Part shown: positions 25,214 to 31,472 of the stretch, in pieces
Layout: each line of letters opens with the position of its first letter
Position numbering within the stretch: the stretch's first letter is position 1
DNA from: an uncultured Candidatus Saccharibacteria bacterium
Lineage (GTDB): Bacteria > Patescibacteriota > Minisyncoccia > Phycocordibacterales > DATDWN01
Assembly (NCBI GenBank): GCA_964551495.1
Contig: CAZKCA010000006.1
Span: 1 to 35,920 of the forward strand
Length of the DNA stretch: 35,920 bases
Reading direction: 5' to 3'
Notes under the pieces: model-generated
What the model saw: the letters and a program-made list of their open reading frames with translations, nothing else
What the model was told of the DNA's origin: nothing
The model's database searches: none
Translations under genes and position numbers: made by a program

Positions 25214-25394
25214 GTGGGCAAGGGGAGACTTGCCTCCAAATTTTCTTTCGTCGTCACTCAAGAAAATTCTAGGCGCCAGATTTCCGACAAGCTCTGTTGA
25301 GCTTGTAGACCGGAAATCTGTTCGAGTCACCTCACACAAAAATATATTTTTGCTATTGCTCCGACGAAAAAACCGGCTTTCGCCGATTTTCGTG
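25214..25394 (-). repeat. tRNA-tail element Leu-TAG (Leu type), ending in a 17-nt copy of the tRNA-Leu(TAG) tail
   Basis: gtgggcaaggggagact occurs at 25214-25230 and 25394-25410. Minus-strand order is as follows. Hairpin+U-tract, then GGTGACTCGAAC (inverted T-loop). Then a nested hairpin AGATTTCCG[GTCT ACAAGCTC-AACA-GAGCTTGT]CGGAAATCT and GGCGCCTAG. Then the AATTTTCTT-GAGTGACGACGA-AAGAAAATT hairpin, then the tail copy. Confidence 0.8.
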
Positions 25395-25476
25395 TGGGCA
25401 AGGGGAGACTCGAACTCCCAAGCCGTGAGGCACTAGTTCCTAAGACTAGCGCGTATACCAATTCCGCCACTTGCCC
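25395..25476 (-). tRNA. tRNA-Leu (anticodon TAG), class II long variable arm
   Basis: GGGCAAG/CTTGCCC acceptor, CTAGT-CTTAGGA-ACTAG anticodon arm, GGGAG-TTCGAGT-CTCCC T-arm. No CCA encoded. Confidence 0.9.
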
Positions 25477-25529
25477 AATGATTTATACTTTATAATATTT
25501 TTTTAGAAAAAGAAAGAGGGGATTTTTTT

Positions 25530-25705
25530 GAATCATGTGGTCAGGAATAAAAAAGGATTCTTCCGTGAGTAAAACTTTACTGTCCGCCTTGTTGTCGAGA
25601 CAGGTCGCAAAATTTTCTCGTGTCCGCAGCTCGCGACCAAGTCTGCTGACTTGGTACCCGCTCCGGTCTGCACATGTAAGAAAAAATCTGGAGCAGTCCA
25701 GATTT
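25530..25705 (-). repeat. tRNA-tail element unit Lys-A (distal), including its hairpin/U-tract module
   Basis: The core GACCGGAGCGGGTACCAAGTCAGCAGACTTGGTCGCGAG is shared with the Trp element. It ends ATTCCTGACC + ACATGATTC. The hairpin at 25681-25705 is identical to 26004-26028 (25 nt). Confidence 0.75.
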
Positions 25706-25815
25706 GAATCGTGTGGTCACAAATAAATTTCTGCTGAAATTTTTCGCGACCCCGGCTTGGCCCGTCGGCCTGCGCCTTGCACATGTAAACAAAAACAGCA
25801 TAACATGCTGTTTTT
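25706..25815 (-). repeat. tRNA-tail element unit Lys-B with its hairpin module
   Basis: ACATGTGCAAGGCGCAG, a GGCC-GACG-GGCC hairpin, GGGGTCGCG, an AAATTTC-AGCAG-AAATTT hairpin, then ATTTGTGACC + ACACGATTC. Preceded by the hairpin AACAGCAT-gtta-TGCTGTT plus T-run. Confidence 0.75.
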
Positions 25816-25894
25816 GAATCATGTGCACCCAGCAGGAATTTCTCCTACAATTTTCTTTCGTCGTCACTCAAGAAAATTCTAGGCGCCAGATTTT
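25816..25894 (-). repeat. tRNA-tail element unit Lys-C (truncated Leu-type unit), ending in a 19-nt exact copy of the tRNA-Lys tail
   Basis: 25819-25837 equals 26035-26053. The 45-nt block aattttctttcgtcgtcactcaagaaaattctaggcgccagattt is identical to the Leu-TAG element. Confidence 0.8.
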
Positions 25895-26029
25895 AATCTT
25901 TGTGGTCACAGATAATTTCCTCGTCGTCACTCGGAAATTTCCGCGACCCCGTCTCGCTTGTTTTGCTTGGTAGCAAAACATAGCTCCGCCTTGCACATGT
26001 ACTAAAAAATCTGGAGCAGTCCAGATTTT
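25895..26029 (-). repeat. tRNA-tail element unit Lys-D (proximal), including its hairpin/U-tract module
   Basis: The hairpin AAAATCTGGACTGCTCCAGATTTTTT follows tRNA-Lys. Then ACATGTGCAAGGCGGAGC, a GTTTTGCT-ACCA-AGCAAAAC hairpin and GCGAGACGGGGTCGCGG. Then an AATTTCC-GAGTGACGACGA-GGAAATT hairpin and ATCTGTGACC + ACAAAGATT. Confidence 0.75.
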
Positions 26030-26039
26030 ATTAGTCATG

Positions 26040-26112
26040 TGCACCCAGCAGGATTCGAACCTGCGACCATCTCCTTAAGAGGGAGTTGCTCTACCACCTG
26101 AGCTATGGATGC
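26040..26112 (-). tRNA. tRNA-Lys (anticodon CTT)
   Basis: GCATCCA/TGGGTGC acceptor, ACTCC-CTCTTAA-GGAGA anticodon arm, GCAGG-TTCGAAT-CCTGC T-arm. No CCA encoded. Confidence 0.9.
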
Positions 26113-26115
26113 GTA

Positions 26116-26263
26116 TGTGCTCGGAGTGGGAATCTCCCTCGAAATTTTTTCGTCGCCACTCAAAAATTTCTGGGCACCGGTTTGTCGACAAGCCCTGTTG
26201 GGCTCGTAGACCGACAAACCGTTCGATTCTCACGCACAAAGCTTTGCTTTGTTTCCGTGGCTG
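26116..26263 (-). repeat. tRNA-tail element Leu-TAA (Leu type), ending in a 19-nt copy of the tRNA-Leu(TAA) tail
   Basis: tgtgctcggagtgggaatc occurs at 26116-26134 and 26262-26280. Same module order as the Leu-TAG element, with compensated stem changes. The distal tail copy lies 3 nt from the 5' end of tRNA-Lys. Confidence 0.8.
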
Positions 26264-26345
26264 TGCTCGGAGTGGGAATCGAACCCACATCCCTTTCGGG
26301 ACAACATTTTAAGTGTTGCGTGTATACCAGTTCCACCATCCGAGC
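26264..26345 (-). tRNA. tRNA-Leu (anticodon TAA), class II
   Basis: GCTCGGA/TCCGAGC acceptor, CAACA-CTTAAAA-TGTTG anticodon arm, long variable arm, GTGGG-TTCGATT-CCCAC T-arm. Confidence 0.9.
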
Positions 26346-26346
26346 A

Positions 26347-26826
26347 TTAAATATTTTTACCAATATTTTTTCCTCTATGTGTAGGTTGAAGACTATGACA
26401 GTTTGGACACAAAATCCTCAAATTTTCTAGTCTATTATCGTACCTATTACCATTTACGTGGTCTAGTTCTAAAGGAATTCTACCGTCTGTCGATATTTTA
26501 GCCCAACCACATTGTTCACATTTTGGCTCTTTTAGTTTAGCTGAAAAAAGTCTTTTTTTCAACTTAAAACTCTGATATGTACTTTTTGAAACTAGAATTT
26601 TATAAAGTGGTATTATTGGATTTTCTCCAAATTTCATACCCTTATTCCATGTCATTCCAGTAAAATGAGAAGTATCTAGGTTATTTTGTTTTACGTATTT
26701 CTTAACTTGTTCGTAGTTTCCACCAGTAGGTTTCAGTCCTAAAAGTTTTATAACATTTCTAATACTTTTAGATTTTTTAACTGCCTTTATGAGCTGATCA
26801 TCTGACCATTTTCTAATTCCACCCAT
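26347..26826 (-). CDS. Free-standing HNH endonuclease (homing-endonuclease-like) with an N-terminal HTH-like domain
   Basis: CEQCGW...LELDHVNGNRYDNRLENLRILCPNCH is the zinc-bound HNH motif. The stop codon lies 1 nt from the tRNA-Leu(TAA) 5' end. Confidence 0.8.
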   Translation of the reverse strand: MGGIRKWSDDQLIKAVKKSKSIRNVIKLLGLKPTGGNYEQVKKYVKQNNLDTSHFTGMTWNKGMKFGENPIIPLYKILVSKSTYQSFKLKKRLFSAKLKEPKCEQCGWAKISTDGRIPLELDHVNGNRYDNRLENLRILCPNCHSLQPTHRGKNIGKNI

Positions 26827-26900
26827 AGGTTTATAATTATTGGTATGCGATAATTATAATATATTTAAGTGTGTATTCCAAATAGTCTTTTAAAATTTTG

Positions 26901-26972
26901 AGGCCTGAGGCGGAATCGAACCGCCGTATATTCCTTTTGCAGAGGAATGCCTTACCACTTGGCTACCAGGCC
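26901..26972 (-). tRNA. tRNA-Cys (anticodon GCA)
   Basis: GGCCTGG/TCAGGCC acceptor, TTCCT-CTGCAAA-AGGAA anticodon arm, GGCGG-TTCGATT-CCGCC T-arm. Starts 5 nt after the rbfA stop. Confidence 0.9.
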
Positions 26973-26977
26973 TTATT

Positions 26978-27301
26978 TTATTCTTGATTAGAAAGATCGT
27001 CAATTTTTTGACGGTTTTTCTCTCCTAAATCGATTTCAAAATTGATAAAAGGAATTCTACCTAATTTTGAGTTATTTTGCACATATTTTCTAAACTCGCT
27101 TCTCTTTCTTTTTGCAAATTCAAGAGCTGTTTTTTCGTATGAATCAGGGAAAACTGTGAAAAATACAGTACATCTTTTACCATCTTTAGATAAGTTTAAA
27201 TTTGTAACAGTGATAAGTGAGGATCCATTTCCTTCATATTCCAAAAATTTGGAAGCTAAATCTCTTATGACCTCAGACGCTCTTTCGCTTTTTATAGACA
27301 T
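26978..27301 (-). CDS. rbfA: Ribosome-binding factor A
   Basis: 107 aa. The RASEVIRDLASKFL...ITVTNLNLSKDGKRCTVFFTV pattern is typical of RbfA. Located immediately downstream of infB. Confidence 0.85.
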   Translation of the reverse strand: MSIKSERASEVIRDLASKFLEYEGNGSSLITVTNLNLSKDGKRCTVFFTVFPDSYEKTALEFAKRKRSEFRKYVQNNSKLGRIPFINFEIDLGEKNRQKIDDLSNQE

Positions 27302-27302
27302 A

Positions 27303-28802
27303 TTATTTTTCTACCATTACAAAATTTTCTATATAATCTCCTGGGGCTAATTCTGTTCTTGCTTCAAGCATAACTCCACATTCTTTTCCTTCTCCTACTT
27401 CATCAGTTTTTACTTTTTGAGATTCTAATCCTCTAATTTTGCCTTCACCAATTTTTTCATCTCTTCTTAAAATTTTTATCATAGATCCAACTGATAATGT
27501 TCCACTTTCTACTCTACAACCAACTATTTGCTTATCTTTTATTTTGCTAAAGGTTTTTAACACTTTTGTTCGGCCTTTTATTTCTTCTTCCAATATTTTA
27601 GGAGTTAGATTTTCCAATTTTTCTTTTAGAAATTCGCTTAGTTTGTATATTATATTGAAATTATGAATTTGAATTTCATTTCTTTCAGCTAGGGTTTTGG
27701 CAGGTGAATCTACTTTTGTGTTAAATCCTATAACTAAAGTTTTTTCATTTCCTAAAACAGCTTTTATATCATTTTCAGATATAGTTCCTACTCCAGAGTA
27801 AACTATTTCAGGTATAATTCTGTCATTGCCTAGTTTTTCTACTTCATATACAACGGCCTCCAAACTTCCAGCCGTATCAGCTTTCAAAACTATGGGTATT
27901 ATATTATCGCAAGACTTTTCTTTTATTTCTTTTTTATTTTCTTTAGCAGAAAGCTTATTCTTTTCCACGAATTCTAAAGCTTCATTTTTGGTTTCAAAAG
28001 TTTGGAATATCGCTCCAACTTCTGGCATACCATCCCAACCAATTATTTTTATTGGTTTTGAAAAACTAGCTTCATCTATTTGTTTTCCAAGATAATCCTC
28101 TATTATTCTAAGTGGAGCAAGACTTGTGCCAGAAGCTACAAACATTCCTTTTTTCATACTTCCATTTTTTATTACACAAGTAGCAGATATTCCTTTTTTG
28201 ATGTCACAGTTACTTTCTATTATCACACCAGAAGCTTTTTCATTTGGATCAGCAGACAATCCCTCCATTTCAGAAACCAAAATAATCATATCCAAAAGTT
28301 CGGATATCCCTTGTCCTGTTTTTGCTGATATAGGAACAAAAGGAACATCTCCTCCGTATCCTTCTACATAAACACCATTTTCTGCCAGACTTTGTTTTGT
28401 TCTGTCTACACTTGCTTCTGGTCTATCTATTTTATTTATAGCAACTATAAAAGGTATTTTTTCATTTTTTATAGATTTCAAAGCCTCAATTGTTTGAGGT
28501 TTTACTCCATCTTCCGCAGAAACAACAAGTATAGCAATATCAGCCACATTTGCCCCTCTTTTTCTGATACCAGAAAAGGCTTCGTGACCAGGTGTGTCTA
28601 GAAAAGTTATTTTATATTCTTTGCCAGTTTGATCCTTGTGTAAAACTTCATAAGCCGAAATATGTTGAGTGATTCCTCCTGCTTCATCTAGTGGCTTTAG
28701 ATTATTTCTAATAAAAGAAAGCAGGGTGCTTTTACCATGGTCTATATGGCCCATTATGGCAATTATTGGCGGTCGTTCTGTTTTTTGTGTATGCATGGTC
28801 AT
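27303..28802 (-). CDS. infB: Translation initiation factor IF-2 (short form lacking the N-terminal extension)
   Basis: GTPase motifs GHIDHGKST, DTPGH and NKID, plus C-terminal IF-2 domains, 499 aa. Confidence 0.9.
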   Translation of the reverse strand: MTMHTQKTERPPIIAIMGHIDHGKSTLLSFIRNNLKPLDEAGGITQHISAYEVLHKDQTGKEYKITFLDTPGHEAFSGIRKRGANVADIAILVVSAEDGVKPQTIEALKSIKNEKIPFIVAINKIDRPEASVDRTKQSLAENGVYVEGYGGDVPFVPISAKTGQGISELLDMIILVSEMEGLSADPNEKASGVIIESNCDIKKGISATCVIKNGSMKKGMFVASGTSLAPLRIIEDYLGKQIDEASFSKPIKIIGWDGMPEVGAIFQTFETKNEALEFVEKNKLSAKENKKEIKEKSCDNIIPIVLKADTAGSLEAVVYEVEKLGNDRIIPEIVYSGVGTISENDIKAVLGNEKTLVIGFNTKVDSPAKTLAERNEIQIHNFNIIYKLSEFLKEKLENLTPKILEEEIKGRTKVLKTFSKIKDKQIVGCRVESGTLSVGSMIKILRRDEKIGEGKIRGLESQKVKTDEVGEGKECGVMLEARTELAPGDYIENFVMVEK

Positions 28803-28844
28803 ATAGTTTAATTTGGTTAAACTTCATAATAGTAAAATTTTTTA

Positions 28845-29327
28845 TTATTTCGACTCTAATGTTTTCTTAGATTCTTCTACAACCTCTTTCTCTTCTTCTG
28901 TTAGTTCAAACTGACTCTTAAATTTTTCTAGAGGTTTTGAAAAGATTGATACTCTATCTCTTGAGTGGAGAGAAGATACTACTACACCATTTCCATTCTC
29001 ATTTAAAAATGAAGTTGAGAAACTTTGATTTCCACCATCTCCAGTTCCTTTAAATGGGTTAAATCTAATTGTTTTTACTGCTTGTATACTTCTCTGTAAT
29101 CTCATTTCTATATTTTTGAAGTAAGAAACTGATTTTTTTTCAAAAGTTTTCAATTGACTGATTTCATCTTTCATTGAAATAATCGTGTCTTCTAGGGATT
29201 TTCCTGATTTGCCAGACATCAATTTTTTAAGCTTTATTTCAAGACGAATAATCCATACAAATAGCAAAATGCTTATTCCACCTGCTATATAAGAGATAAG
29301 TAATGGATCTAAAGTCATCGAGGACAA
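28845..29327 (-). CDS. DUF4446-like membrane-anchored protein
   Basis: N-terminal TM, then RFNPFKGTGDGGNQSFSTSFLNENGNGVVVSSLHSRD, which matches my recollection of the DUF4446 core. Confidence 0.55.
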   Translation of the reverse strand: MSSMTLDPLLISYIAGGISILLFVWIIRLEIKLKKLMSGKSGKSLEDTIISMKDEISQLKTFEKKSVSYFKNIEMRLQRSIQAVKTIRFNPFKGTGDGGNQSFSTSFLNENGNGVVVSSLHSRDRVSIFSKPLEKFKSQFELTEEEKEVVEESKKTLESK

Positions 29328-29385
29328 TTATACATAAAAATTGACATTTTGCAAAACTTTTTGGCCATGTTAGTCTTTAGTTACA

Positions 29386-30564
29386 ATGTTTTTTAGTAAT
29401 AAAAAAGATTCCAGAAAGGTTTTTTTGGATTACGCTTCTTCTACGCCTATAGATCCTGGGGTTTTGCACAAGATGAGTCTTTATCTTGAAAGTCATTTTG
29501 CCAATCCAAGAGCTTTGTATAGTCAAGCAGAGGAAGCCAAAGAAGAAATGAAAATTGCAAAAAGTGATATTGCAAATGTTTTTTCTTGTAAGCCAGATGA
29601 AATTTATTTTACTTCTGGGGGTACTGAGTCAAACAATCTGGCTATTATGGGAGTGTTTTATGCTAATAAAGACAAAGGTTTTAAACCTCACTTTATAACG
29701 ACAGAAATAGAACACTCTTCGGTTCTAGAGGTTTTTAAAGAAATAGAAGATAGGGGTGGGGAAGTTACTTATTTGAAAGTGTCTTCAGAAGGACTGTTTT
29801 CTTTAGAAGAATTAAAAAATTCTATAAAAAAGGAAACTGTTTTAGTTTCTATTGCTTATGCAAATAATGAAATTGGAATAATTAATCCAATTAAGGAAGT
29901 TTCAAAAATTATAAAAGAATGGAAAAGAGAAAAAGAAACTAATTTTCCGTATTTCCATTGCGATGCATGTCAGGCTGTTTTGTATCTTTCTTTGGATGTT
30001 TCAAAAAATGGTTTAGACATGATGACTTTAGATGGTTTAAAAATGTATGGTCCTAGAAATTGCGGTATTTTGTATATAAAAAATGAAGTTCAAATAAAAC
30101 CTATTATGTATGGTGGAGGACATCAAAGAGGAATACGTAGTGGAACAGAAGATATTTCTTCTGTTTTGGGTATGGCATATGCCCTAGATTTGGCAGAGAA
30201 TTTAAAAGAAGAAGAATCAAAAAGACTTTTAAAAATTAGAGATTATGCAATAGGTAAAATTTTAGAAAAGTTTGAAGGAGCTTCTTTAAACGGCTCAAGG
30301 ACCCAAAGACTTCCAAACAATATAAATATTTGTTTTCCAGATAAAGATGCAGAGTTTTTAGTAGTTTCTTTGGATGTTTTTGGTATAGCGGTATCTTATT
30401 CTTCATCTTGTAATACTTTGAAAGAAGATTCTTCCTCTTTTGTTATAAAAGCTTTAGATAAAAAAGATTGTTCGGCAAGTAGCTTGAGGATTACTTTAGG
30501 CAGAGATACTCGAGTGGAAGATATTGATTATCTTGTGGAAAAACTTGAACAAATTATAAAATAA
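29386..30564 (+). CDS. Cysteine desulfurase / class V aminotransferase (NifS/IscS-like)
   Basis: FLDYASSTPIDP, TSGGTESNNLAI, HCDACQA, GLKMYGP (PLP-Lys region) and SYSSSC (catalytic Cys loop). Confidence 0.8.
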   Translation: MFFSNKKDSRKVFLDYASSTPIDPGVLHKMSLYLESHFANPRALYSQAEEAKEEMKIAKSDIANVFSCKPDEIYFTSGGTESNNLAIMGVFYANKDKGFKPHFITTEIEHSSVLEVFKEIEDRGGEVTYLKVSSEGLFSLEELKNSIKKETVLVSIAYANNEIGIINPIKEVSKIIKEWKREKETNFPYFHCDACQAVLYLSLDVSKNGLDMMTLDGLKMYGPRNCGILYIKNEVQIKPIMYGGGHQRGIRSGTEDISSVLGMAYALDLAENLKEEESKRLLKIRDYAIGKILEKFEGASLNGSRTQRLPNNINICFPDKDAEFLVVSLDVFGIAVSYSSSCNTLKEDSSSFVIKALDKKDCSASSLRITLGRDTRVEDIDYLVEKLEQIIK

Positions 30565-30604
30565 TTTATTTACTGTTTTTTGTTGAAATGATATTATTAA
30601 TTCA

Positions 30605-31417
30605 ATGAAAGAACTAAATCAAAACCAATTAATACTTCTAACTCTTCTGGTTAGCTTCGTTACTTCTATAGCTACAGGGATTATTACTGTATCTTTACTT
30701 CAAGAAGCTCCAGTAGAAGTTACTAGAAATATAAATAGAATAGTGGAAAAAACAATTGAAACAGTTACCCCTGTAGACGTTTCTTCTGGAGAAAAAGAAG
30801 TTGTAACTGTTGTTGTTAAAGAAGAAGATTTGATAATGGAGACTATTCAGAAAAATATAGATAGTATTGTTAGAATAAATGAAATAGATTTGAATAATGG
30901 AAATAAAACTTTTTATGGTATGGGAGTAGTTACTTCTAAAGAAGGTAATATAATTACGGCCAGAAAAAATATTTCATATTTATACAAATATGTGGCGACC
31001 ACAAATGATGGAAGAGAATTTATTTTAACACCAGTTGGTTTAGATCAAAATACAAACTTTGTTATATTTAAAGTAAATCTGGAAGAGGGTCAAAATTATA
31101 ATTTTACTCCTGCTAAGTTGGCTGGGAACAATCCTAGTTTAGGTCAAACAATAATAGGTTTAGGAGGTAGCTCCCAAAATATAACTGCTGTTGGTAGAGT
31201 CTCATCTTTTATAACAAGAGATTCTGGTACAGGTACATCTACGGTAAAAATAGTTTCAGGTGTTGAAAATGATATGCCTGCCGGAGGTTTAGTTGTAGGT
31301 AGTCCATTTTTTAATCTTTCAGGAGAACTTGTTGGGGTTAAAATATCCTCATTAAATTCGTCAGCATTTACTCCAGTTACTATAATAAAAGAGGAGATAT
31401 CTAAACTTTCAGAGTAG
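30605..31417 (+). CDS. Membrane-anchored trypsin-like (S1C/HtrA-like) domain protein; catalytic triad not evident
   Basis: N-terminal TM. GMGVVTSKEGNIITARKNI, NFVIFKVNL and VVGSPFFNLSGELVGV align to the His, Asp and Ser boxes, but with R, N and no GNSGG. Confidence 0.5.
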   Translation: MKELNQNQLILLTLLVSFVTSIATGIITVSLLQEAPVEVTRNINRIVEKTIETVTPVDVSSGEKEVVTVVVKEEDLIMETIQKNIDSIVRINEIDLNNGNKTFYGMGVVTSKEGNIITARKNISYLYKYVATTNDGREFILTPVGLDQNTNFVIFKVNLEEGQNYNFTPAKLAGNNPSLGQTIIGLGGSSQNITAVGRVSSFITRDSGTGTSTVKIVSGVENDMPAGGLVVGSPFFNLSGELVGVKISSLNSSAFTPVTIIKEEISKLSE

Positions 31418-31472
31418 ATTTGATTTTCAGGTTTATAAGTGGTATAGTTTACATGTAAACTAATTTTTATTT

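Noticed and set aside
25231-25394. Known small self-cleaving ribozymes (hammerhead CUGAUGA...GAAA, twister, HDV-like) within the tail elements
   Set aside because: I could not find the conserved core motifs on either strand by eye. This is not a rigorous exclusion; a covariance-model scan is needed.
25681-26029. Possible CRISPR array, suggested by the identical 25-nt hairpin repeats
   Set aside because: There are only two identical copies, about 320 nt apart. The repeats are terminator-like hairpins with U-tracts, the intervening sequence consists of repeat units, and no cas genes are present.
25230-26430. Cluster of 60-114 aa ORFs on both strands (25230-25436, 25533-25867, 26035-26430 and others)
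   Set aside because: They overlap tRNA-Leu, tRNA-Lys and tRNA-Leu genes and the structured tail elements. The open frames are a by-product of GC-rich repeats in an AT-rich genome.
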